DNA from: Paraspadella gotoi | Lineage: Eukaryota; Animalia; Chaetognatha | Direction: 5' to 3' | DNA length: 64,000 bases | Assembly: GCA_051294375.1 (NCBI GenBank) | Contig: CM119267.1 | Location: 19,915,546-19,979,545, forward strand | Shown: piece by piece, positions 28,601 to 41,600 of the stretch | Numbering within the stretch: position 1 is the stretch's first letter | How the letters are laid out: every line of letters begins with the position of its first letter | Notes under the pieces: model-generated | The model's database searches: none | Seen by the model: only the letters and a program-made list of their open reading frames with translations | Told to the model about the DNA's origin: nothing | Translations under genes and position numbers: made by a program

Positions 28601-30191
28601 AGTCCCTGAGCTTTGGATCAGGCTGTAACACCATGTTACAGGCGGGTTAATTGCCCTGTCCCTCTTAACCTCAAAGCGACCACCAGGCTAGAACCCCGGG
28701 CTAGAACCCCGGACCTTTGGGTTGGGAGGCGAATGATCTGCCTCCAGCACCAATGGCCGCTGATGAACGATTGGTGGATTTTAGTCCACCATAACCCTAT
28801 CTTTTAGTTCTTTTTGCCTTCGAGTGTTAACCAGAAACTATAAACTTTATAAGCTTTATTGATTACAGCCTGGTAATAAATCTTCCTTTTTAAAAATATT
28901 ACATTTGTTACCAAGATTTTAAAAATTAATTTTTTATTTTAGAAGTTAAATCAAATCAAGTCAAATAACTTTATATGGTTTTAACATAATTGTTATTTCA
29001 ATATGAGCTTGTTATTCTCAATAATTTTGTTTGTCTTTGTCCTGGCTTTAAAGAGATTTGTTTATCTTACAAAATAGGCGGTAAATATCAAATATAAAAC
29101 TAGTGTGAAACCATAATGTAATATAAACATTAGATTATGAGCACTTGCATGTTTAGATAAGCGCAGTCCTTCGTCTCTAAGATATTAAATATTCTTGTTG
29201 TTACATTCTTTTAAATGGTTTCATCTCTCTGTCTTTTTTTTCTTACTCTTACTGTACAATATTGTATGGCTTATTATTCAGAAAAACCCGACAAAGAGGA
29301 ATCAGGTTCGTGTCCTTAGCTTTCTCCCCTCCGTCGTGATTCTATTAAATAACGATTTATCTCTGATATCACTATTTAAAACTAATTTAACATATTAATA
29401 TAGAAACTTAAGTTTTTCTACTAAAATCACCCTGCTAGTGGCATAAGTCTCTACGATACATCGCAACATGTTCATACAAACCTCTGTTCTAGTTCAAAAT
29501 TTCTTCAAAGTTCTTTATCAAAATTTTAAATTCCACAAGTATACTGAGGAAGAAATTAGTTAACTTTTTCGTTTGTATTTATATTTCGGTTCTCGCTTGG
29601 TAATCTTTTTTCTTGAGCTCCATCCCAACTCCCAACTCCCCCCAGATTCTTTACAAGTATTTCCGTTTTTATTTAATTTCATTTTATAATTCGAACTCAA
29701 TTAATAATGTTTATAAAATAGCAACCATTGGGGGCGTTAATAGTCGAGAAAAGCATTTTTAGTTGCATGGTACTACGTACTTCTCCACCCTATTAGTTTT
29801 TATTTCACCTCCAAAAAGGCCGAAATAATTTTTTTAGAAAGCTCGAGGACATCATATTCTTGTCTATTCTTTCATTTTTACTCGCGGAGCAACTCTATAC
29901 TCAACAGTTTACTTTTCTGTCCATCCGTCTGAAATGTGGTCACGTGGTTGTTTTTTGTAAACATTGATAGGTGATCATTGATCAAGCATAAGACGCTTGT
30001 TGCACAATTTTTCATTCTTGTGTAGTCAACCGAAAGTGCACTTAATAAGAGATAAAGTCACGGTGGCGCAACCCAGCAAAATAGCCATTTTCTTGTTTGA
30101 ATTATGACTGCCATGATTTTATTTTTTTGCTTTTTCAGAAGATCAGAAGAAAACGGAAGTCGAGGACGTCGAAGACGAGGAAGTCAGTTAA
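25655..30191 (+). CDS. YWHAE: 14-3-3 protein, epsilon type; exons 25655-25718, 25790-25864, 25944-26092, 26215-26321, 27403-27566, 27706-27885, microexon 28063-28086 and/or 29282-29305, 30139-30191
   Basis: [116 protein letters not shown], and an epsilon-like tail EDVEDEEVS*. Confidence 0.97.
28545..28760 (-). mobile_element. tRNA(Gly-like)-derived SINE in a 14-3-3 intron
   Basis: Minus strand 28760-28676 has acceptor-like stem GCGGCCA/TGGTCGC, anticodon-loop-like CTCCCAA and a duplicated B-box-like GGGGTTCTAGCC. Downstream is the hairpin CTGTAACA/TGTTACAG. The tail is repeated at about 28324-28365. Confidence 0.65.
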
Positions 30192-30512
30192 TTCGTCTCC
30201 ATCGCTCTCGTCGAGTAGATATTAGGTGCGTCCAACAGACATCAGTACTGGTGACTGATTCAATGATTGATAGCTCAAGGCTCGTCTTAATATATTTTTC
30301 GAAAGCTTTAAAAGGGTATGAAAACGTATGCTTTGAAAATGAATAAATATCAAGTTAAAAATCCAGATAAGTTAAAAAAATATGATTGAATTAATGTTGT
30401 TACTTGTATCGATTTTTTTTGTAAATCACTTTAGTGATTTACTTAACCTTTAAAATTGTACAATTTTTTTTTCTTAATTTTTTTCCCGTCTGTATAACTT
30501 CATTCCTACTAG

Positions 30513-31795
30513 TAGAGGTAGCCCCAGTCAATGGGGTGAGTCAAAAATTTAGAATGATTACATGCTCAAACGAAAATTTATACATTTTGAAGTATACTTT
30601 CAATGGACAAAACATTTCTTATATTAGAGCCAAACTTTGTCAATGGGGTGGGTCAGAAGTTTGATTTGGGAACCTTCCCAAATGAAACTTCATAAATTTT
30701 TGAGAAAACTTTCAATGGACCAAAATTTTCTAAAATGGCTAGAAGCATTAGTAATTAATTTTTTAATATTTATTTATAGATGGGAAATGTCAAAAAAATT
30801 TTTGGCATTTTTTATTTTTAAAAGCAGATTCAGATAGCTTATAAAAAGTTGTCTACACAAGGTATAATTTTTTTTCTCAATATTTTGATGATAAGTGGGT
30901 CAAAATTGGGAAAAACCTGAAAAAATCATTCTCATTATCATCATCCGATAATTTTAGTAGTTTTTGCTCATTTTTAGTGACAAAACATTAAAATTTTAAA
31001 AAGTTGTAATTATATTTTTTGCCTAACTTCTTGAGCTCTATCAGAATCAATTAAAAAAACTTAAAATATAAAAACAAAATTTGTTACATTATATAGCAAA
31101 ATAATAATTTTAATTAGCAAACATTTTTGCAAAAAAATATTTTAACACAATAACTAATACCAATAATGGAAATTTTTAATAATTAAATAATTAAAATTTG
31201 AATTTGGTCAGCTACCGCTACTTATATGGCTCTACACCCACATAATTATTTTTTTAATATTTATTTATAGATAGTTTAGATACTATCTATAGATACTATC
31301 TATAAATAAATATTTTATTAGATATGAAAGGCTAAACTTTTTTTTTATAATTTTTTAATTTTAAGACCAGATTCAGATAACTCATTAAAAGTTGTCGACA
31401 TAAAATATAATTCTTTTTAAAATTTTTTCATGATAATTGAGTCAAAAATAAAAAAAAAACTGTAAAAAATTGTCATCATCTTTCGATGATTTTATTAGTT
31501 TTTTTAATTTTCACTTAGAAAACTTTAGAATTTTTAAAAGCTGTAATTATATTTCTCGTTTAACTGTTTATGCTCTATCAGAATCCATCAAAAAATTTTA
31601 AGATTTCAAAAAAAAAATTTTATACTGAAAAAAGACAATATTTAATGTATTAATCAAGACGTATAATGTAATTTTTTTTGGGAAATTAAAAAAGAGTCCC
31701 ATTNNNNNNNNNNAATTTGAATTTGGTCATTTTTTTTATTTTTTTTGGAAAATGAAAAAAGAGTCCCATTAAATTTTATTTAAGTTTTCACCCTA
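30513..31795 (-). mobile_element. Family A composite: one element (30625-31220) nested in a related element
   Basis: Outer pieces 30513-30624 and 31221-31640 join into the reverse complement of 53940-54392. The inner piece matches 60-548 and is flanked by duplicated CTTATAT. Confidence 0.7.
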
Positions 31796-31905
31796 TTCTA
31801 CTAGAGGGCTCTAAAAAAGGAAGCTTTTTGTAAGACAAAGGAACATTCAAAATAAACTTTATCTGCACCCACTAGATCTTCCCTTGCACCTGCTCTTCAA
31901 CAGAG

Positions 31906-32155
31906 TACAGTAGCATCCGTCTAGAATTTCCGAGACGGCAAGCTCTGTAACTCTAGTACAAATGATAATTTGAAAGAGAGCTTTTGTCTTGATATCGAGC
32001 ACACATATATCTACTCCCCCTTCGGTAAGCCATTGCTCTACGACCAATTTTGGGACATCAGAACTTATGGTAAAAAGTAGCTTCAGCCAGATTTGAACCC
32101 GAAACCTTTTTCGTAACGATGAAATCCGGTGCGCTAAGAACTCGGCCAAATGATT
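31906..32155 (-). mobile_element. SINE-like element, tRNA-like head plus conserved 150-bp body (copy 1)
   Basis: Minus strand A-box TGGCCGAGT and B-box GGTTCAAATC. Body 31906-32058 is the reverse complement of 33368-33518. Confidence 0.65.
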
Positions 32156-32561
32156 TTCAAAAAAATTTTGTACAAATTAAATAAGTGTTTTTAACCAGTT
32201 GCTTATTGTGAAACAAATGAAACTGTTTTTATACATCGTCGCCTATTGTATCAATATTAATAAATGGGCTAATGATTGAGAGAATGAAAGAATGAAATTG
32301 TTTCGAAAAAAGAATAATCTAAGTTTTCGGTTTGCATAAAAACAAGTTTGAGCAAACAATGTCGGATCTGCCTACGATAATTAAGGGGTAATAAGATAAT
32401 CCAATTATAAATCACGGTAATGTTTTCTGACTTTCAATTAGTGATCTTAACAGAACATAACACGTAACATAAAAAATCATAACAGACTTCTTAATAAATC
32501 TATGAAAAAATCTATAAATCAAATGATCTATCAATCATTTCCAGTAGCCTTCCCAATACCA

Positions 32562-32730
32562 GCTTGCATAATTTTCTAATTTTGCATAATTTTCTAATTT
32601 TGCATAATTTGGTCAACTTCCATAATTTAATCAACTTGCATTATTTGGTCAACTGACATAATTTTTTTAAACTTGCATAATTTGGTCAACTTGCAGAATT
32701 TGGAATTTGGCATAATTTGGTCAACTCGCA
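32562..32730. repeat. Minisatellite, about 18-20-nt unit TTGCATAATTTGGTCAAC
   Basis: Several degenerate tandem copies read directly. Confidence 0.85.
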
Positions 32731-32779
32731 ATCAATCAATCAATCAGAGAGAGAGAAATTTTTAAAAATTTAAATATAT

Positions 32780-33215
32780 TTGTCCTTTGGTTTTCTAATT
32801 CAAACTATTTTCCACTCTTACGATTCAATCAAAAAATTATTTCCAGCTTAATTGTATACTTTCCTACCCACACACAAAATTTCATTTAATTTTTTTTTTC
32901 AATCCAATTTTTAATAAATATAATAATTATGAGTAAATATAAGTAAAAATACTTCAAGTAAATATGATTTTTGTTTTTTCCATTTCAACTCATTTCCACT
33001 CGCACGAAACTTTATATCCAGCTCAATCACACACTTTCCTACCCACACACAAAATTTCTTTCCAATCTAACCATCCAATTACGAGTCATTGGAGTTTTTT
33101 GCTTAGGTGGGACAGACGGACGGACGGACATCCTTTATTTTTGCATAATTTATTATATTTCGATGTTCTGACAGACGGACGGACCCACAAAGTGGATTAA
33201 AAGCTGATCCGACTA
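32780..33215 (+). mobile_element. Dispersed repeat family B, helentron/DINE-like (copy 2)
   Basis: Direct copy of 560-985 with GACAGACGGACGGACGGAC tracts. Confidence 0.6.
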
Positions 33216-33272
33216 AAAAGAAAAGAAAAACCAAATTTATATTAAGGATTGGAAAAATAATTTTTAAATAAC

Positions 33273-33518
33273 GTGATTGCCGAGTGGTTAAAAATTAAGG
33301 CTTCGACGGGAAATGGTAATGGTAGGATTCGAATCCCACTAAAGGTTACTTTTTATAATAAAATGCTATGTCCCAAAAGTGGTCGTAGAGCAATGGCTAA
33401 CCGAAGGGAGAGTAGCCATATGAGTACTCGATAACAAGACAAAAACTCTTTCAAATTATCATTTGTACTCGAGTTACAGAGCTTGCCGACTCAGAAATTC
33501 TTGACGGATGCTACTGTA
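33273..33518 (+). mobile_element. SINE-like element, tRNA-like head plus conserved 150-bp body (copy 2)
   Basis: A-box TTGCCGAGTGGTTAA and B-box GGATTCGAATCCC. Body is shared with 31906-32058 and both end GGATGCTACTGTA. Confidence 0.65.
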
Positions 33519-36239
33519 GCAATTTTTATTATCTTAAATCCTTTTTTATTTTATTTTATTTTATTATATTACTTATTCTATATTATGATTAAAGAATTTT
33601 AATCATATGTCATATATCAAAACCAAAATAATATTGTTTTGATTAATAAATATTTTTGTTAGTACTAAAATGTACTAAAGCCACTGGTTTCGTTTGCGAT
33701 TGTTTTCTTGAATAATAATTTTGACAGATGATACATGTAATGACGCATGTAATTGTAATTACATTGTAAAAGTTTTTTTCCCACTTCTGTTTCGCCAGGC
33801 TAGTCCGCCGCCTCTCATCATCGCTTACCCCTCCTACAGACTTTCTTCCCTTCTTCTCTCTTTTTACCTTCCTCTTAACATTTTTTTCCTTTTTGTATTT
33901 CCTTCTTCCCCCTCTCTCATCCTTCTTCGCTTCCCTGTATCACAGTTCACCAAGTGACTTCTGGGTCACAGGATTATTCTCTCAACGATCCCGTCATTAA
34001 TCATTGTCGGATTCAACATGTTTTAACTACTTATTAAATACACACAATGGATAGCTCAATGTTTTAATTCTAAGAAGTTTATTTTACAATTTAAATAGCT
34101 TTCAAACCGAAAGCTCGTCACTTGATAACCCGAATCCCCGGATAGTATCGTTGTCATTTAAAAGACATGACTTGTAACGTGGTGTCTTGTGTCTCCTTTA
34201 ATATACATTTTATCGGAAAAAGTGGGCGATTTTTTTCTTCGTGGGGGCGTTGACAATAAAATCGGGACTCTCTTGATCCTCCCTTCATTCTCTTGTTTTT
34301 TTTTTTCTGGCTGAATTCTGATCTTTTCATGACTGCAGCTAAAAAAATTTCATATTCATAACGTTAAATACTTTCATAATCAACCGGTTATGTATTTACA
34401 TGCCATAGTTTGTGAAGATAAGCTTAAATTAGTCCGCTGGAATATTTTTTGTTTGGTTATGAATTAAATCTGCGGTCTATTAAGTTTTCTTTTTTTTTAT
34501 CACGATGTCACTTATTGTAAAGGAATTAAAAATTATCGCCAGATTCGGAATTAATAGATTTATGGCTAGGAATTACTTGTAGTAATTATTAGGAATGATC
34601 TAGATTCGAATTGAGTACGTACTTTTTTGTGTTGGTCCCAAATCGTACTACAATTTTACTGCCGACTCTTTACTGAAAGGATAGTAAATATATATTTTTT
34701 TTTTGAGGATTTTTTTTTGAGGATTAATTCGGGTTCATATACCTGCGCCCAGAAATAAAAGTTTACCGGTTTCAATTGGGATATATTGCTATATAAATCA
34801 TTTGAGTTTATGGTGCTGAGTCAGTTTATTCATACTCTTCTCAATTCAATCATTCCAGATTTTTCATGTCACCCGCGGCCCTATAAATTCCCTTTATCAA
34901 TGTTTGCCAATATTATTAGTTATGCATAAAAAGGAAAACTACGTATTCAATCATTCTTAAAACTAAAAATTTTAAAATTAATGTTGGCAATTGTTGATAA
35001 TTTTACCTTAAAATGTAGGATTTATTTTCGACATTGCAGTTTGTATGTCAACTGTATATTTGTAGCCCTTACACCACTTGCTTTCCATCTAATAGCATTC
35101 CGAATTTTTTGTTGTCCTAAAATTAAATTATCCAGAGAAAACCAAAATAAAATGAATTTTATAAGATTCTGCGTCGATTTTTTTTATTTTACAAGAAAAA
35201 AGTTTGTTCTCCAGCTGATATCATACAACGTTAAGCTTTTCTCTTAGTTTATTCCCTAATATTTTTAGGGTAAAATTGTTAGTTTTGCACAATCGATATT
35301 CGAAAACCATATCATTTGAAAAACGTGAATGAATTTTTAATGTGCTGATTTAATGAAATATCAGCTAATGATTTTAGACATTTAAGTTTGTATTGCTACA
35401 AAAAGGCTTTTGTTCGATCTTAACTGTGTCCATGTGCTTTTTATTATATTATATGGGTGCATACAATAACAACGGAAATGATTTTAGTGAATTTTAAATA
35501 TTATCACTTTTAGGTTACAATAACCGTTTTTGATCCAATTGTTTATTGAAAGTGCCATTTCTCTATCTGGATCTTTTTGGTTTACATCATTTTTAAATAA
35601 ATTTTTTTTTGTGCACCGAAAGATCTCTTTATTGTTTCACTTGCTTCGAGACGGTCAGAAATTATCTTCCTTAATTTCCGTAGTTAGGATTAGGAGAACG
35701 AGTTCCAGTTGTCCGGAATCCATTTCCTTGATTCATTTTCATTCTTCTACCCATTAAAAGTTAACCCTTCTCCATACTCCTTATCGCCGTCACACAAAAA
35801 CACTAGCCTTTCTTCGATCGATTAGAAAATTAAAAGAAAAAAAAAGAAGAAAATTCCTCCATTTTTTATCCATATTTATATTATTATTTTTAAAATTCCC
35901 ATTATTATTATTATTATTATTAACAAGCTTTTTATTCTGTAAACCGAAAACTGAATACATTTTTTTTTCATCAAAAGTGGATCGATCGCTGCTGTCAACG
36001 TCGAGGTCTCCCGCTTTCTTCATCTGCTCAATTCGGCTGTCTTTCTTTCTCGACCGAGGGGCCAAGGATTGACCTCGAGTTTAATCTCTTTTTAACGAAT
36101 CTTCCCCGGCCTCTTCCTTTCGCAATAGTCGTACGCTCCGATTAACATAATTATAGAATTTTTATTTTTTTAAAATTTAAATAATTCTTAAATTGTTATC
36201 TTTTTCGCGATCTAATTTTTAAAAGTCATTTACGACACG

Positions 36240-38615
36240 ATGGCGTTGAAGTGTCTGGCAGAAGGTCTTCCGCTCTCGCCCCTTCCGCCGTGCGTCAAGT
36301 CCCGCGACTCGGCCGTCGCCCACGCCCCCGCTCGGACACCGAATCTCAACGAGGCTGAAACTCAGCTCGCCGTTAAAAACGCTTTGCGCTATTTCCCCGC
36401 GGAGTTGCATCAACGGTGAGAGATATATCTTATCTTTGTACCCAAACGGACTACATAACAATATTTAGTAAATTCTTTTTTTATTATATTTTAGAGAAAA
36501 CAAATATATATTTTAAATACGGATTAATTTTAGGTTGATATAAATGGTGAACTAAAATTTATCATTCGTAATAGTATTTTTGTTACGGTGAATTTCCTTA
36601 AATCTAAGCTAGATAAATAACAATATACGTAACCCTTTTGCGAAGATATTCAAAATGAATTTGATGATCATAATCAATTTACTTCATTTTGCTGGGTTGA
36701 TAAGAAATAGGATACCGAAGTTGTGATCACCTTTTTAAAAATCGAACCATTATGGCAACGTGGAGACGTGCGATGCTCGGGGTGCCCGGGGTGAGACTTT
36801 CCCGACAGATGGCGCTCAGGGCTTTGGACCTGCACCTGCATTGACCTGCAGTGACCACCCCATGTCAATGGGGTGTTTATGCCGACGCCATCACACTTTC
36901 ACCAGTGTGAAAAGATTGAAACCGTAACCTAGCTGTTCAAGCCAATGGGACGAGCTGAGTTTCACCAAGCTATATGGGAGGCGAATTTAGGATTCGCCAC
37001 CTCATCCAAATTAAAACGACTCAGGTTGGCATCCGAATTCTTCGAAGAGCTTCGACTTTACGGCCACATCTACATGTATCGCTTTCGTCCGACTCGGTTC
37101 GAAATGCGCGCGCATCACATCTCCGAGTATCCCGCCAAATCACGCCAAGCCGCAGCCGTCATGCTTATGATCATGAACAATTTAGACGCAAAAGTCGCCC
37201 AGGTAGTTTTTATTAATACAAAATTTATTATATTTAAATTATTTATTAAATTTAATATAAATTATAATAGAACAGAATGAGTAGACTGGTTAAATTAGGT
37301 AAATATCGAAAATTGTCCGTCGAAAACCGGCGTTTTTTTATAGATTAAAAATTATAATAATAAATTTAGTCCCCGAAATAAATAAAAATTTAATCATTGT
37401 CTTTCCAATTCTGGTTATTCTCGTTCTCAACCCAACGGGCCAACGCTAACGCAACGGCAACGTTGTTGATGTCGTCTTTGTTTGTTTTGTGTTGATCGAT
37501 GGAAAGAGAGCTGTCGTTTTGCACCGAAAAAAAGTAGATTCAAACTCAGTTAACGCGAGGCAACCCTTAACCTTCCCACCCCGGCGACTAAGTTTTTGTC
37601 TATATTTTTATGTTTTTTTTTGTTTTTTTTTAATTTAAAAAAAATCAGTAACTATTAGTCGGAAAGAACCCCCCCCCAAAGAAGTCATGCGCGCTCTCAA
37701 AGGAACGCTCTCGCTAAAGGTCATATTATGGCAACGGGAGGATAGCCTGTGATACCCGGGNNNNNNNNNNNNNNNNNNNNTATGCATATATCGTAATGCA
37801 AAAATATGTAAAGAACATTCTAAAAAGAAAGAAACCCTTACGATTCCCCGACGGCTCGTCAGTCTCGTCAACCGGATAAAGGCGGGAAATTCATAAGGCA
37901 AAAAAAAAAAAAAAAAAAGAAAGAAATCAAGTTTTCTTTTAAAAAACGAAATGGCAATGTGATTAATTTTTTTTAAAGATTTCGTAAAAAATAAAAATTA
38001 ACTTGAATTCTCAGTTTCCCCACGAGTTAATCACATACGGAGGAAATGGCCAGGTCTTCTCCAACTGGGCTCAGTTCTGGCTGGTCATGTACTACTTGTC
38101 CAAGATGGGGGAAGACCAGACGCTGGCCATGTACTCGGGTCATCCCATGGGACTTTTCCCCAGCGGGCCCGACGCCCCGAGGGTCGTCATCACTAACGGT
38201 GAGGGGTTTTTTATTCACGATTCGATTCGCGCGAAAGAGAAGATAAGTTTGTCAATAAATATGGATTTTTTGTAGGTTTTTTTTTATGAAAAAAAGGACG
38301 AAATGCCTAGCAGTTTTCTCATTTTTTAAAAATTTTTAACAATTTTCACGGTTTCTTGAAAAAGAAAAAAAGAAAAGAAAATAAGATGACCCACTTAAAA
38401 ATAGCGAACCCCGGCGCAAAAATTATCGCTGGTTTTATTTTAGACGGAACAAACATCACGTACGAGACCCGAATCCAAACGACTTTTCTCTGTCAGAATC
38501 GGGCGAGGGGGGGGGGTTGGTGTGTTATTTGGTGAGTGACTGAGGCAGGTTCGCGCGGCCTCACCTCGTCCACAATTCGCTTCTATTATTTCGTTCTCTA
38601 AACCTTTTTCGCCTC

Positions 38616-38658
<43 letters not shown>

Positions 38659-41600
38659 CTCATTTTTTCCCCTAACCCCCTAACCATCTTGTATCGATTA
38701 GCCAGGCTGCGCCCCTTCACCATTGCGCGCGGTTCGTCTCTCCGTCCTCTCCCCGTACCCTCTCACTGACCCCCACCGTTCCGACTTCAATTTAAGGAAC
38801 TATTTTCCGAAAGGATCCCATTTCTGTTCCTAATCCCTGAACTTAATTTTAATCAGAATATCTAACTTGAATCTATTTCTAAAATCAATCCAATCATAAC
38901 CCTAAACCTATTATTAATCCTAACCAAAACTCTAAAACTCAAATACCAATTTTTATTCTGTATTTAAGCTAAAACGGCGCGCTTTTCAAACATATGGGCC
39001 GATTTTGATCGTGTCATATTGCGCGCGTGATCAGCAATTTTTTTAACCTCTTTCTTTCAACGTTCGTTCAAGGCATGGTCATTCCGAATTACTCCTCGAG
39101 GCGGCGCTTTGAGGACATGTTCGCCTTAGGGGTCACGATGTACGGACAAATGACGGCCGGGAGTTACTGCTACATCGGACCTCAAGTGGGTAGGGGAAGA
39201 GGGAGTGAGAGAAAGAGAGATTGAAGGGGATTGAGAGGGAAGAGGGAAGAGGAGTGAGAGAANNNNNNNNNNNNNNNNNNNNNNNNNGCCTTAAAATGTT
39301 TGGCTTTCTCCCCCCCCTTTTTTAATTATTTAATTGTATGTTTCGTTATTTCTTTTTATTTTCAGTAGGTATTTTCGAGCTGATATAACTGAAGAGTAAG
39401 GATTTGTTTTTTCCTTTGTCAAATTACCCGGTAATGCGTATAGCCTCTGAAAAATACCCTCCGTAATTCTCTTGGTCAGAATTGGTTCTGTACCAAATTA
39501 ATAAAGATTTAGTTAGCTAGCGTGATTCTTAACTCCGAAATCTCTATATTATTTCAAAGTTTTTCCCTTCACCCGTTTTTTACTAACATGTTTATAGCCT
39601 CTGAAAACTTTCATTTCTTGATAGATTAATTTCAAATCTTATATAGTCTTAATCGGGTTATTATTGTTTCGGCAATGAGATTTAGCTTGCAAAGTTTTAC
39701 ATTTTGCGGAATCGACTTTCTAATTTATTGAAAGATCGAAATTTAGCTAGTTCTTGATTTTTTCTAAATTCGTCATTGCGCCAACAGCAAATCCACAAAC
39801 GTTTTGGTTTTTTTGGTGCTTTAATTATCGTTTACTTCGTATGGATACTCAAAGAAGAATAATTTTGGTGATTGTTGTTATCGCGCCGCGTTTTTTTACT
39901 CTCAGATTTTTTTATGTACTTTTTTTTTCCGCATTTTCTTTACCAATCGCGTTTAGTTTATGCTACATTAAAGCGTTTCTTAACTATATTTTCCTTGTAT
40001 CAACTTGTAGACCGATCTCGATTTTTATGAAGGAAATCCTGGGCAAAAGCTAATAGTTATTTTTTTTTTTCATTTTAATTATTTTTTTATAGAAGGCTTC
40101 ATGTCTCGAAAAATATCTATAATCATCGCTTCCAGGTACGGTTTCTGAAAGAACCTCCGCCAATTATTAGATCCTGCTGAACACCTGAATATAAAAAGTA
40201 TGAATAAAATTTAAAACAAACATACAACGATTTCAACGAATAACCGCTAAGCCCCCTTAATGCGGAATCGTAACCTCCACTTATGCGTCTCGGTGTCATC
40301 GTCGACCGGATCGTCCGAGATGGCGCTCGCGTTGCCTCGACCACGCTCGACGCCGCAACGCTGCCATTGGACACATCCCAATTTAGCTCGACTTTCGGGC
40401 AAGCGAAAGTTGTTCGAGATCGTATGATTAGAAGGTAAAGGAATTTTTAATTGTTTGATTTATTATTTAATAATTATATCTATAATTGTAACGGCGGAGA
40501 TATAGAAAAGAGAAACATATAGCCACCTTAGCCTTTCGAGCGTGCTATCCGTCGGTTTCCGCTCCAACAGAAGACCGAATCCTCCGTTTATTGACTTGCG
40601 CCCCAACCGAGATTAATAGCGCGCTCCGTTGTGCAGCGCCAGCCCACAGTGGCGCTCGCGCGCCGTCATCGCGATCACGTTCTGCGTCGCCCATGTCGCG
40701 CAGAATGCGGAACCTGTCGTTTTAAGATGTTCGATTGTCTCCCCTGAAGGGGCTGTGGGCGAAGGGCGGAGATGGAGAGAAAATTACATTTTCAACTTTT
40801 ATCATTTATAAAAATTACTGAGAATAGCGAACGTCGGCTTATCAGAAACTTTTTCACTCGAGCGTTTTTATAAGCCAAATTGTTGTCTTAATTGTTGCAT
40901 TTTTCTTACCGGCAGATGAGAGCCTGGGTAATTTTTTTTGGTTCAATGATATTCTTTAAAAAAAAAAAAACATAAGAGAAAAATAATTTTTTCTAAATTA
41001 CTATTTTATTTACCTATCAGTTGCCGCTGACGTCGTGGTGATTCGCGACTGATGACGCACGGCGCTGATATTCTTCCTTCGGCGGACGGCGGCGTTGAAA
41101 AGCGTAGCGACAGCGTACGCGCCCAGGCGTTGATTCTGCCGTAGAGAATACGCGCCTGGGAGCCACCACCAGGTCGTGGCGGCCTGTAAAATGGTTAAGA
41201 TACTGCACGACATAAAAAGGGAAGAAGAGAATTAACTAGTAGACTGTTTCACCTGCTTCTTGATCCACTTGAATGTTGTCCTCGTAACATTGCTTAGTGA
41301 TTTACGTACTTCCTGACCCTACGGATTCCGCCGTATAAAACCCTGATGATTTGATTGGTTGTTTGTTTATAACCACAATCATAAATCAATCTAACTCGAT
41401 GAACAATCAACTCTTTTTAACTTCCGCCTGGCGAATTTGGTCGGTCGGTCCTCCAGATCCTCGCTTCGCACGAGGTGCACACCCAACGAAAGGGGCCGAA
41501 TCCCATTGAAAAGAGTGTCCCGCATTGTGATGTCCTTCAATTTTATAAACTATTGCTGATATATTTTACCTGAGTTTACACAATTACGCAATTTTTAATT

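Noticed and set aside
28676-28760. Functional tRNA-Gly gene
   Set aside because: The anticodon stem is mismatched and the T-arm is duplicated; it is SINE-like.
33273-33345. Functional tRNA-Ser/Leu gene
   Set aside because: A and B boxes are present but there is no coherent acceptor or anticodon stem, and it is attached to a repeat body.
35620-36120. Divergent small gene upstream of UROC1
   Set aside because: No ATG-led coherent ORF or homology; more likely UTR or promoter sequence.
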